A DNA stretch of 64,000 nt from Lentimicrobium sp. (GCF_023957275.1 NZ_JAMLHF010000004.1), one strand, 5' to 3'. Positions 39,949-49,422 are shown, counted from the stretch's first letter. Notes: generated by a model from the letters alone, not told the origin. Translations and numbers: made by a program.

Positions 39949-40040
39949 CAAAATTATAGTCTGCTCAATTAGTATGAAACAGTTTTTAGGCGTAATCCGG
40001 AAATACGCTTAAAAGCGCAGCGGTAAGTATAAAAGCGTAT
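39949..40040 (-). promoter_or_regulatory. Promoter of the porin-pst operon with candidate operator repeats
   Basis: CAAAATTA (reverse complement TAATTTTG) at 39949-39956; TAAAAGCG direct repeats at 40010 and 40030; inverted pair ATACGCTT 40003-40010 / AAGCGTAT 40033-40040. Confidence 0.5.
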
Positions 40041-40045
40041 GAAAA

Positions 40046-40696
40046 TCAAACTTCCACAATTCCGTTTCTGATGGCGTACAGTACCAGTCCCGCTGTATTT
40101 TTACTATCGGTTTTCTGCAACAGGTTTTCCCGGTGTTTGTCCACTGTGCGCTTGCTGATTCTGAGCAGGCCGGCTATTTCCTGGTTCGAAAGTCCCTGAC
40201 AAATGCGGTAGAGCACTTCAGTTTCTCTTTCTGAGAGTTCAGAATTACGGGGCTGTTTCTCTTTTTTACTGATATTTTTAAGAATCCCGTCCAGGATTTC
40301 AGGGGAAAAATAGTTGTGCCCTGACATAACCGCTTTCATGCATTCCTCAACCTCATGCAATCCCGAACTTTTAAGAATAAACCCCCGGGCACCGGCGCTG
40401 ATCATACGGGAGGTGTAGTCTTCGTCGGCATACATAGTTAAAGCGATGATTTTCATATCCGGGTTAATTTCAAGCGCTTTTCGGGTTGTTTCAATGCCAT
40501 CGAGGCCCGGCATACTGATGTCCATGAAAACCAGCTCAGGCACCTGCTTATTTAAATCGGAGAGAAATGCGCCGCCATCCGGAGCCTGGAAAACTTTGCT
40601 GATATACGGAAGATTTCCCAGCAACAGGTTAAGCCCTTCCCTGAAGAGCTTGTGGTCGTCCACCAGATAAACTGAAAAAGGTTTCAGGTTGTTCAT
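40046..40696 (-). CDS. NarL/LuxR-family response regulator
   Basis: LVDDH, FMDISMPG receiver; LSERETEVL...SNQEIA...SKRTVDKHR helix-turn-helix. Confidence 0.93.
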   Translation of the reverse strand: MNNLKPFSVYLVDDHKLFREGLNLLLGNLPYISKVFQAPDGGAFLSDLNKQVPELVFMDISMPGLDGIETTRKALEINPDMKIIALTMYADEDYTSRMISAGARGFILKSSGLHEVEECMKAVMSGHNYFSPEILDGILKNISKKEKQPRNSELSERETEVLYRICQGLSNQEIAGLLRISKRTVDKHRENLLQKTDSKNTAGLVLYAIRNGIVEV

Positions 40697-40698
40697 TT

Positions 40699-41649
40699 TC
40701 AGGATTTTCCTATTTTAACATTCACCCTGACTCCTTCATTTGGTACCGTGTAAATATCGATTGTACCGTTCAGCGATTTAATTCTTGACCGGATATTGGC
40801 GAACCCCATACCTTTGTCACCTATTTCCAGTATTTTGCTGTCGAAGCCTATGCCATCGTCAAGATAATCAAGCCGGATGCCGTCCGCTTCGTCCATCAGC
40901 GTTATGTAGATGTTCCGGGCTTCGGCATGTTTCAGCGAGTTGGTGATCAGTTCACAGATTACCCGGTACAAAACCACTTCAGTATTGTATGGATACCGTT
41001 TCTCAGCCAGGTTTGTTTCGAAATTAATGTTCAGGTCCTCGACCGGCGGCACATGAGTGATAAATGATTTCACGGCCTTTTTAATCCCGAAGTTGTTCAG
41101 CACATGCGGACTCAGCTTATTGGAAATCTCCTTGAGCGAAGTGATGGATTCATCGATCAGCTTTTCGGCATGAATCATCACTTCCTTATTTTGCGGTCCG
41201 TTATTTCCGGTATGCGCGGACGATACAGCCATCTTGACTGATGAAAGTAAAGGCCCGAGCCCGTCGTGTAATTCCTTGGCAAAATTAAGCCGTTCGTTTT
41301 CTTCGGTTCTGACGATGGCTGAAAGCACCCTGGATTCATTTGCTTTCCGGAGATCATCCATCCTTTTCTGGATATTGAATATCCGTTTGATAAAGATCAG
41401 GCTGCCCAGCATCAGCACCGAGATCAGTACTCCGGTCCAGGTGCTCAGCATGCCGGTGATCAGTCGGCTTTCGGAATCGGAAATCTGGAAAAACTCAAAG
41501 ATCCTCCTGATGGCCATCAGCAGAAAACCAAAAGAGATAAGCCACCACGCTATGTTGGTCCTTGTGCGTTTGGTGAGCGAGAGGGCGATGGTAGCCGCGA
41601 CAAACTGAAGGACAAAGGAAAGAATCAGTGCAATTTTTAAAGTCATCAC
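40699..41649 (-). CDS. HisKA_3-type sensor histidine kinase with a short N-terminal membrane domain
   Basis: Three N-terminal TM segments; AKELHDGLG H-box, ELITNSLKHA, DDGIGF and GMGFANI. Confidence 0.92.
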   Translation of the reverse strand: MMTLKIALILSFVLQFVAATIALSLTKRTRTNIAWWLISFGFLLMAIRRIFEFFQISDSESRLITGMLSTWTGVLISVLMLGSLIFIKRIFNIQKRMDDLRKANESRVLSAIVRTEENERLNFAKELHDGLGPLLSSVKMAVSSAHTGNNGPQNKEVMIHAEKLIDESITSLKEISNKLSPHVLNNFGIKKAVKSFITHVPPVEDLNINFETNLAEKRYPYNTEVVLYRVICELITNSLKHAEARNIYITLMDEADGIRLDYLDDGIGFDSKILEIGDKGMGFANIRSRIKSLNGTIDIYTVPNEGVRVNVKIGKS

Positions 41650-41729
41650 AAACCGTTTCTACAAAAGTAACAAAAAGCCCTGCAACCTGCAATGTCCTGC
41701 CTTTCCCTTGTCCGTTAACCTGGTCACTT

Positions 41730-43595
41730 TCATCCCTGTTTGGGCATGATCCTCGGGGCAATCATATTTTTGGGATCGAGGATTTCATCGAGTTGTTCCT
41801 GACTCAGGAGTTTATGTTCGAGCACCAGGTCGTAAACGCTGCGGTTTTTCTCCAGCGCTTCTTTGGCGAGTCTGGTAGCAGCTTCATACCCGATTACCGG
41901 ATTGAGGGCAGTCACCAGACCGATGCTGTTGTATACCATCTCGCGGCAATGGTCTTCATTGGCGGTGATGCCTTTGATACATCGGTGATTCAGTGTGTTC
42001 ATGCCGTTTTTAAGCATTTCGATGGATTCAAACAGGCTGTATACGATGATTGGCTCCATCACGTTCAGTTCCAGCTGACCGGCTTCGGCTGCCATAGTAA
42101 CGGTGAGGTCATTGCCAATCACCTTGAAAGCGATCTGGTTCATCACTTCCGGAATTACGGGGTTGACTTTGCCAGGCATAATGGTGCTGCCGGGTTGCAT
42201 AGGGGGGAGGTTAATTTCGTTGAAACCTGCCCTGGGGCCAGAAGAAAGCAGCCTCAGGTCGTTAGATATTTTTGAAAGCTTAACGGCCAGACGTTTCACC
42301 GCAGATGAATACATGATGAATGCGCCGGTATCCTGAGTTGCTTCTACAAGGTTGGTAGCCAGCACAATAGGTTTCCCGGTGATTTCGCGGAGGTAATTAA
42401 TTACAATACCGCTGTAGCGCGGATCGGCATTGATGCCGGTGCCAATGGCCGTTCCGCCCATATTGACTTCCAGAAAAAGCTGCACGTTCTGGTTCAGCCG
42501 GGCAATTTCTTCCTCAAGCATCACTGCATAAGCCTCAAACTCCTGGCCAAGCGTCATGGGTACCGCGTCCTGCAACTGGGTGCGCCCCATTTTGATTACA
42601 TGCGCAAATTCTTTTGCTTTTATTTTAAACGAAGCAATCAGCTCGGTAAGGACCTCCAACAGCTTTTCGTTGCTGCGGATCAGGGCGATTTTTATCGCGG
42701 TTGGATAAGCGTCGTTGGTTGACTGCGAAAGGTTTACATGGTTGTTGGGATGACAGAATTCATATTGCCCCCGCTGATGACCGAGAATCTCGAGTGCGCG
42801 GTTCGCAATCACTTCATTGGCATTCATATTGGTGGATGTGCCCGCTCCGCCCTGAATCATGTCAACAACAAAATGAAAAGTATATTTGCCATTGATGATC
42901 TCGTTGCAGGCACGTACAATGGCATCTGCCAGGGATTTACTCAGCAGCCCGAGGTCGTGGTTGGCTTTGGCGGCAGCAAGTTTGACCATGGCCAGCGATT
43001 CGGCAAAAACCGGATAAAAGTTGAGCTGTACCCCTGAAATATTGAAATTCTCGAGTGCACGCAAGGTCTGTATTCCATAATAGTATTCATAAGGAACTTC
43101 ACGGAAACCAAGCAGGTCGTGCTCGGTACGGGTGCGGCCCGATTCATACTGCGCGGCGGAACTGATCATCCGGGCATTGGCCTGCCGCATCCTGCGTGAA
43201 ATCACCCGGGCAATATTTGAAAAAATCTTGAGCGCAATAGGGCCGTTTTCGGCAAAAAATGTCTTGCTCAACAGCAAAGCAGTGGTTTTGTGCTTTGCCC
43301 TGGCACTGGTGCTATGGGGGGCTTCTTCAGTAAGCGAGCCTTCTCCCAGAAAGTCAAAGCGGCTGAAATAGCTTAATTTGGTTTCCGCCCCGAAAGGAGA
43401 TTTTTTAATCAACTCTACTTCGCCCTCGAAGATCATGTATATGGCCTCCCTGGGGCCGCTTTCCTGAAAGAGGTATTCGCCTGCCAGATATTTGCGTGTT
43501 TCAATTGCTGATACGACCTGTTCAATTTCTGTAGCAACCAGTCCTTTGAAAAGTTCAATCTCGGTGATAAACCGGTTAATTTCGTTGGTACTCAT
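41730..43595 (-). CDS. aspA: Aspartate ammonia-lyase with N-terminal cyclic-nucleotide-binding domain
   Basis: About 140-aa cNMP fold (ELFKGL...GEYLFQE...EGEV...FLGEGSL) followed by RTEHDLLG..YYGIQTLRALENF, QGGAGTSTNMNANE, KMGRTQLQDAVP and GSTIMPGKVNP. Confidence 0.92.
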   Translation of the reverse strand: MSTNEINRFITEIELFKGLVATEIEQVVSAIETRKYLAGEYLFQESGPREAIYMIFEGEVELIKKSPFGAETKLSYFSRFDFLGEGSLTEEAPHSTSARAKHKTTALLLSKTFFAENGPIALKIFSNIARVISRRMRQANARMISSAAQYESGRTRTEHDLLGFREVPYEYYYGIQTLRALENFNISGVQLNFYPVFAESLAMVKLAAAKANHDLGLLSKSLADAIVRACNEIINGKYTFHFVVDMIQGGAGTSTNMNANEVIANRALEILGHQRGQYEFCHPNNHVNLSQSTNDAYPTAIKIALIRSNEKLLEVLTELIASFKIKAKEFAHVIKMGRTQLQDAVPMTLGQEFEAYAVMLEEEIARLNQNVQLFLEVNMGGTAIGTGINADPRYSGIVINYLREITGKPIVLATNLVEATQDTGAFIMYSSAVKRLAVKLSKISNDLRLLSSGPRAGFNEINLPPMQPGSTIMPGKVNPVIPEVMNQIAFKVIGNDLTVTMAAEAGQLELNVMEPIIVYSLFESIEMLKNGMNTLNHRCIKGITANEDHCREMVYNSIGLVTALNPVIGYEAATRLAKEALEKNRSVYDLVLEHKLLSQEQLDEILDPKNMIAPRIMPKQG

Positions 43596-43642
43596 GATAT
43601 AATTGTTTTAAGTTGTTCATTACAAGCGTGTTATTACTATTG

Positions 43643-45379
43643 TCAGAATGCCGGTGTGACATCCGTTTTCTGCGTCGGACTTTCCCCGGTTTCTTTCTCC
43701 GGCATCGGCAATAGGCCAGGCGGAGAAGTGCCATCGCAATATCTGGCAATGACCTGGTGCGCGGGTGCAAAACCAAGTCTGGACGATTCTTTCCAATCGT
43801 TACAGGCTCGCTCAAGGTCCCCGTTCCGGAATAAAGCGATTCCCCGGTTGTACCATGCCTCAGCATAATCGGGTTTGATGCGGATAGCCTGTTCAAAATC
43901 GGTAATCGCCGAATTGATTTGGCCTGCTTTACCTTTCAGTATGCCCCGGTTGTTGAGGGCCAGCAGGTAAGCGGGATTACGGCTTAACGACAAATCATAA
44001 TATTTCAGGGCTTCTGCCGCATTGTTTCCTGCATCATAATAGTTGCCCAGATAAAAGTAAGCGTGGGCCATATCCGCATCAGAACGCTTTTTGTCAATTA
44101 CGTCTGAAAGCAGGGTGGGGGTGTTTTTCCAGACAGATATCCGGCTTACGGTCGAAGCGCCCAGTATTATAACCAGTAACAGGGAGGCCGAAAGCATCAG
44201 CCTGCGGGTGGCTTTGTCCATGGTGTTCCGGGTTTCCCAAAGATTCGCGGCATACCTGCCAATGATTATAAAAAGCCCGATATAAGGGATATACGTATAA
44301 CGGTCGGCAGTGATAAATATCCTCGACCAGAAAAGCGGGAGCACCATGCCGATGGTTATCAGGAAAAATATGCCCCCGAAAAGAAATTCCCTGCGATATT
44401 TCCGCTGGTAAAGGATTAAAGCAATAGCTGCAATCAGGACGATGACCGTGGAAAATACATAGGGCGGGAGTTTTCCCCCGCTGATTTCAGGGAAAGCGTA
44501 TATTGCCGACAGGTTAAGCGGTACAAAAAGCTTCAGGATGTAAAAAGAGATACTGTAAAGGATCAGGAAGAACCGCTGAAAAAGATTGTAATCCTGTTCA
44601 AGCACGGTGATATGTCCGAAAGATGCGGAGGCCCTGATAGCAACAAGGCCGAAGATGATTGAAATCACGAAAAACGGGATTTTTTCCGTCAGCAGGCTCC
44701 ATCGGAATTGTCTCTTTTTCAGATAGTCTGCCATCAGGAGTACCACCGGGAAGGTGGCAGCCATGGATTTGGAGAACAGGGCAAGAATGAAAAAGAGCAG
44801 TACATACAGATATTGCCTTAGGTTGTAGCCCTGATCTGCGTATTTGTCCCAGGCAATCAGTCCCAGCAGGAAGAAGAGCGAGTAAAGGCCCGAGCTTCGG
44901 GCCGAAATCCACACCACCGGTTCCACATGCATGGGATGAATGGCAAAAAGCAAGGCAACCACCGCTGCCGGAACCCAGCCTTTCATCCATCGTTCTGTAA
45001 GTCTGAAAATCAGAAAGGTGTTGAGCAGGTGCAGCAAAATATTGGTGAGGATAAAGACCCGCGGTTCAGGCCCCGATAATTTGTAATTGATGGCCATGCT
45101 AAGCACGGAAAGGGGCTGATACATGCCGAGATGGAAATTGCTGAAGATTTCCGGCACCTTGATGCTTCCGTCTCCGGAAATGGCCGTAAGATATTCCCCA
45201 TCGTCCCAGCCGGTCATAAAGTCGTTGCGGAGGGCCCCTGCATAAAGCAAAAAGGTAAAGGTAAGAATCAGCAGAATGGCGGCGTTCTGATAACTAAGCG
45301 ACAGTTTTCCCGGCAGAACCAGATGTTCCGGGTTTCGTTTCCCTTGAGAAACGCGCGTGGTTTTTTCCGCCTTTTTCAT
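43643..45379 (-). CDS. TMTC-like GT-C membrane glycosyltransferase candidate with C-terminal TPRs
   Basis: WDD in the first loop, YQPL, HLLN, HPMHVEPVVWISARS, ADRYTYIPY, about 10 TM segments and TPR repeats; ATG 45379 fits the promoter element at 45416-45423. Confidence 0.75.
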   Translation of the reverse strand: MKKAEKTTRVSQGKRNPEHLVLPGKLSLSYQNAAILLILTFTFLLYAGALRNDFMTGWDDGEYLTAISGDGSIKVPEIFSNFHLGMYQPLSVLSMAINYKLSGPEPRVFILTNILLHLLNTFLIFRLTERWMKGWVPAAVVALLFAIHPMHVEPVVWISARSSGLYSLFFLLGLIAWDKYADQGYNLRQYLYVLLFFILALFSKSMAATFPVVLLMADYLKKRQFRWSLLTEKIPFFVISIIFGLVAIRASASFGHITVLEQDYNLFQRFFLILYSISFYILKLFVPLNLSAIYAFPEISGGKLPPYVFSTVIVLIAAIALILYQRKYRREFLFGGIFFLITIGMVLPLFWSRIFITADRYTYIPYIGLFIIIGRYAANLWETRNTMDKATRRLMLSASLLLVIILGASTVSRISVWKNTPTLLSDVIDKKRSDADMAHAYFYLGNYYDAGNNAAEALKYYDLSLSRNPAYLLALNNRGILKGKAGQINSAITDFEQAIRIKPDYAEAWYNRGIALFRNGDLERACNDWKESSRLGFAPAHQVIARYCDGTSPPGLLPMPEKETGESPTQKTDVTPAF

Positions 45380-45560
45380 GATTGTCTGCCAACTGATCTG
45401 ATGCTGAAATTTGTGCAAAGGTATAAGTTTAAATGTAAGGAAAAATGATTCCACCACGAAGTTTTACACCCTGCATTTTGAATTTGCAGCACGGTAAAAG
45501 ATAAGTTTGGTAATTTTGCAGCAAGGGATGTTCAGCCCGTTATTTGTAAACTGAAACGCC

Positions 45561-46106
45561 ATGAAAAAACTGATTTTTATCTTTCTATTGATTTCCTCGG
45601 TCGCCTTGCTGATCTCCTGCGGAAGCGGCAAAGGGGAGTTGCTGACCGAAAGGATTCAGTATGATGTAACACTGAAGTCACCCGAAACGGACCTTGCCTG
45701 GTGGGTGCAGAACCTTGAAGGCCCGAAACGCGAGAAACTCGTTCAGGCGGTGATTACATCCGCCCGGGAAGGAAAGGTGAAGGTTTATGATGTGATGACC
45801 AACAAGCAGTTGTCGGCCGCCGAGGTTCTTGAACGCGGCACGCGCACCGAGCTGCTCACCCTTCAGCGGTCTTTCGAGCCCTATGAGAATTATGATACCG
45901 TTATCAAACGCGAATTGCAATTGTCGGATATATCAAGGCTGAGGTTTCTGGAAGAATGGTACCTGAACCAGGATAACGGAAAAATTACCAAGAAGGTAAT
46001 TGCTGTTTGCCCCCTGGTTGAGAGTTATACTGAAACCGGCGAATTGCGCGGTTATCAGCCGCTTTTCTGGCTTTCCTATGTCAGGAAGTTCCCCCTGGAG
46101 CAGTAA
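45561..46106 (+). CDS. Lipoprotein with GldN/PorN-like segment
   Basis: Lipobox LLISC; ERIQYDV, LRFLEEWYLN..GKITKKVIAVCP and PLFW resemble the GldN C-terminal core. Confidence 0.55.
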   Translation: MKKLIFIFLLISSVALLISCGSGKGELLTERIQYDVTLKSPETDLAWWVQNLEGPKREKLVQAVITSAREGKVKVYDVMTNKQLSAAEVLERGTRTELLTLQRSFEPYENYDTVIKRELQLSDISRLRFLEEWYLNQDNGKITKKVIAVCPLVESYTETGELRGYQPLFWLSYVRKFPLEQ

Positions 46107-46193
46107 TCGGTAATATACCCGGATATGTGTCAGGCGTTAGTTGCTACCGCTCTGCCAATATTTTTCTAATTTTGCATCCCATTAATTCTGAGG

Positions 46194-47426
46194 ATGCAAT
46201 ATCAGTTTCATACACTTCCGAATGGTATAAGGATCGTTCACCGTCATTCAGGCAGGCTGGTCGCTCATCTGGCTGTTATGGTAAATACGGGTTCGCGCGA
46301 CGAATTGCCGGGGGAGGAAGGCCTGGCCCACTTTATCGAACATGTTATTTTCAAGGGAACAGGTAAACGAAAAGTTTATCAGGTGCTTGGAAGGCTTGAA
46401 AACATAGGGGCCGATCTGAACGCATACACTACCAAGGAAGAAACCTGTATTCATGCCTCATTCCTCAGTACCTATTATGCAAGGGCGATTGAACTGTTCG
46501 CGGATATCCTGTTTAATTCCACTTTTCCGGAGAAAGAAATCAACAAGGAAAAGGATGTGGTGATTGATGAAATCAATGCATACAAGGACAGCCCTTCGGA
46601 ACTTATTTTTGATGAATTTGAGGAGATGCTCTTCCGCGGACACCCCCTGGGAAAGTCAATTCTGGGGTCCCCCGCCAGTGTAAAGCGGATTAACCGGAAA
46701 AGGATTCTCGGGTTTATTGCCAATCATTACCATACCAATCAGATCGTAATCAGCTCGGTGGGTAACATCCGTTTCGACCGGCTGGTAAAGCTTGTTAATG
46801 AAGCTTTCGGATGTCTTCCTGAGAATTTGCGCACTGACTCAAGGCAGGTTTTCACGGCTTCAGAACCAAAGCAACTGATCAAACCACGCCGGAATTTTCA
46901 AACCCATTGCATCCTGGGAAATCATGCTTATGGTTATGCGGATGCCCGGCGGACAGCCCTGGCCCTGCTGACAAACCTGCTTGGCGGCCCCGCGATGAAT
47001 TCAAGACTGAGTATGGCCCTGCGCGAGCGCCATGGATTGTCGTACAACATCGAATCCGTCTACACGCCTTATGCCGAAACCGGTTCATTCATGATCTATC
47101 TGGGCACGGATAATGGTTCGCTTGATAAAGCACTGACCCTGGTGCGGGCTGAATTGGATAAATTTATTGCCAAATCATTAGGAACGATTCAGCTGCATAC
47201 GGCCAAGCAACAGTTTATCGGTCAGATTGCCATTTCTTTTGAATCAAACCTCAACGATGCACTTTCGATGGCGAAAAGCATGCTTGTTTACGATACGGTT
47301 GATACCCATGAAGTGCTGATCTCGAAAATTAATGCCATTACCGCTGATCTTGTTCTTGAAGTGGCGCATGAAATATTTGACCCCTCGGGAATGAGCATGC
47401 TGGTCTACAAAAACCGAAAAGCATGA
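46194..47426 (+). CDS. M16 (pitrilysin/insulinase) family zinc peptidase
   Basis: TLPNGIR, GSRDE, GLAHFIEH (HxxEH), LNAYTTKE and SRLSMALRE. Confidence 0.93.
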   Translation: MQYQFHTLPNGIRIVHRHSGRLVAHLAVMVNTGSRDELPGEEGLAHFIEHVIFKGTGKRKVYQVLGRLENIGADLNAYTTKEETCIHASFLSTYYARAIELFADILFNSTFPEKEINKEKDVVIDEINAYKDSPSELIFDEFEEMLFRGHPLGKSILGSPASVKRINRKRILGFIANHYHTNQIVISSVGNIRFDRLVKLVNEAFGCLPENLRTDSRQVFTASEPKQLIKPRRNFQTHCILGNHAYGYADARRTALALLTNLLGGPAMNSRLSMALRERHGLSYNIESVYTPYAETGSFMIYLGTDNGSLDKALTLVRAELDKFIAKSLGTIQLHTAKQQFIGQIAISFESNLNDALSMAKSMLVYDTVDTHEVLISKINAITADLVLEVAHEIFDPSGMSMLVYKNRKA

Positions 47427-48091
47427 GTGAGTTATTTGAACGGCCGCAGTATCCTGCCACTGTGCCTGCTTTTGAACGGTATGCCCTCGAATATACTACT
47501 CCTGAACCTCCGCTGATGCAGCAGCTGATCAGGGAAACCCACCTGGCAGTGACAACCCCGGGCATGCTTTCAGGATTACTCCAGGGAAGGTTGCTTAAGA
47601 TGATTACTCAGTTGCTGAGGCCCCGCTGTATTCTCGAAATCGGCACTTTTACCGGCTATTCAGCCATCTACCTGGCATCCGGACTCGACGACCGGGGGCG
47701 CTTGCATACCATCGACAACAATCCTGAAGTTGCCCATATCGCTGAAAAATATTTTATTGCTTCCGGATTGCGGGATAAAATTATAACCCATCAGGGAAAT
47801 GCCATGGATATTATCCCTGAAATTGAAGGGCCATTCGATCTGGTATTTATCGATGCCGATAAGGAAAACTATGTAAATTATTATGAGACGGTTTTTCCAA
47901 AACTCAGTCAGGAGGGGGTCATCATAGCCGATAATGTGCTGTGGTATGGTAAGGTGATGGATGCTGACGCTTTAAATGACAAGGAAACGCGCGGCATTGC
48001 TGCCTTCAACCTGCACGTGAAAAATGATCCGCGTGTTGAGCACCTCATGCTCCCTATAAGGGACGGGTTGATGATGGTAAAGAAATTATAA
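47423..48091 (+). CDS. O-methyltransferase (caffeoyl-CoA OMT-like)
   Basis: ILEIGTFTGYSA, FDLVFIDADKENY, ADNVLW and RDGL. Confidence 0.9.
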   Translation: MSELFERPQYPATVPAFERYALEYTTPEPPLMQQLIRETHLAVTTPGMLSGLLQGRLLKMITQLLRPRCILEIGTFTGYSAIYLASGLDDRGRLHTIDNNPEVAHIAEKYFIASGLRDKIITHQGNAMDIIPEIEGPFDLVFIDADKENYVNYYETVFPKLSQEGVIIADNVLWYGKVMDADALNDKETRGIAAFNLHVKNDPRVEHLMLPIRDGLMMVKKL

Positions 48092-48167
48092 CTTCCGGAA
48101 TGCCCCGGATGCAGCATAAAGCACTGAAATCAACCGGGGCAGGCAATGGTTTTTTCAGGAGACGAAA

Positions 48168-48671
48168 TCAGACCCTGTAATCATATTTCACCGAACTGAG
48201 TTCCTCGTTGGCTTTCACAATTTTCTTTTTCAGGTCTTCCTTAAATGCGATAAGTTTCATCTGTAGCGCCTCATCTCCTGTGGCAAGCATCTGAACGGCA
48301 AGAATGCCGGCATTACGGGCGCCGTTAATGGCAACAGTGGCAACGGGAATTCCCGGAGGCATCTGCACGATGGCCAGCAGGGAGTCCAGGCCATCTAGGG
48401 ATGCTTTAATGGGGACCCCGATTACAGGAACGGTCGTCATCGCTGCGATCACCCCGCAAAGGTGGGCTGCCATGCCCGCACCGGCTATTATTACCCTGAT
48501 ACCGCGGCTGTATGCCGATTTCGCAAAGGCTTCTACCTCATCTGGTGTGCGGTGAGCTGATAAAGCATTGATCTCAAACGGAATCTGAAATTCATTCAGG
48601 ATTTCTGCAGCTTCCTTCATCACCGGTAAATCGGATGTGCTGCCCATAATTATACTGACTCTTGGTTCCAT
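48168..48671 (-). CDS. purE: N5-CAIR mutase
   Basis: IIMGSTSD, SAHRTP, GAGMAAHL and QMPPGIPVATV; ATG 48671 fits the promoter element at 48692-48699. Confidence 0.97.
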   Translation of the reverse strand: MEPRVSIIMGSTSDLPVMKEAAEILNEFQIPFEINALSAHRTPDEVEAFAKSAYSRGIRVIIAGAGMAAHLCGVIAAMTTVPVIGVPIKASLDGLDSLLAIVQMPPGIPVATVAINGARNAGILAVQMLATGDEALQMKLIAFKEDLKKKIVKANEELSSVKYDYRV

Positions 48672-48819
48672 GTTGAAAGGTTTGTTTGATGCAAAAATAA
48701 TCAAAAGCCCGGTTCGGCCTGAGGTTTACCCAAGCCTTAACGATAATTTAATCAAAAGGTTCGCACGTCTTTCCTGATTATTTAAATTATCGTATTTTTG
48801 ACCGCTTAACTCATCGTCA

Positions 48820-49359
48820 ATGAAAAATAAAATTAAAGTCCGGGACAAAGAATTTGGAATTTTCATTAAGGCGGATGCCATCGATCAATCGGTGAGCAGG
48901 ATTGCCGATCAGATCAATACCGATATGAAAGGAAAGGTACCCATCTTCCTTGTTGTGTTGAACGGCGCATTTATGTTTGCATCCGACCTGCTGAAAAAAG
49001 TGAATATTGAAAGTAACATTTCCTTTGTCAAACTTTCTTCTTACACAGGCACCCGCAGTTCGCAGGTGGTCAGCGAGCTGATCGGGCTCAACGAGGTGGT
49101 TAAAGGCCGCTCGGTGATTATTGTTGAAGATATTATTGATACCGGACTTACCATTCAGCGGATGCTTGAAATACTGCACAATCAGGAAGCTGCCGATGTG
49201 AAGATTGCCACCCTTATCTATAAACCCGGCGCTTTCAGGGCAGATTATAAAATAGACTACATCGGGATGGAAATACCAAATGATTTTATCGTCGGATATG
49301 GTCTGGATTATGATGGATTTGCGCGCAATCTGCCTGATATTTATAAAATTGTTGAATAA
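48820..49359 (+). CDS. hpt: Hypoxanthine phosphoribosyltransferase
   Basis: VLNGAFMF, IIVEDIIDTGLT PRPP-binding motif, FIVGYGLDY. Confidence 0.95.
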   Translation: MKNKIKVRDKEFGIFIKADAIDQSVSRIADQINTDMKGKVPIFLVVLNGAFMFASDLLKKVNIESNISFVKLSSYTGTRSSQVVSELIGLNEVVKGRSVIIVEDIIDTGLTIQRMLEILHNQEAADVKIATLIYKPGAFRADYKIDYIGMEIPNDFIVGYGLDYDGFARNLPDIYKIVE

Positions 49360-49422
49360 ACGGCCGGCACCTGCAATTCATTGCATTGTTTCAGCCCCTG
49401 TTATATACCCAACTGAAAAATC

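Noticed and set aside
41628-42275. 215-aa plus-strand ORF
   Set aside because: Antisense shadow of the aspartase gene.
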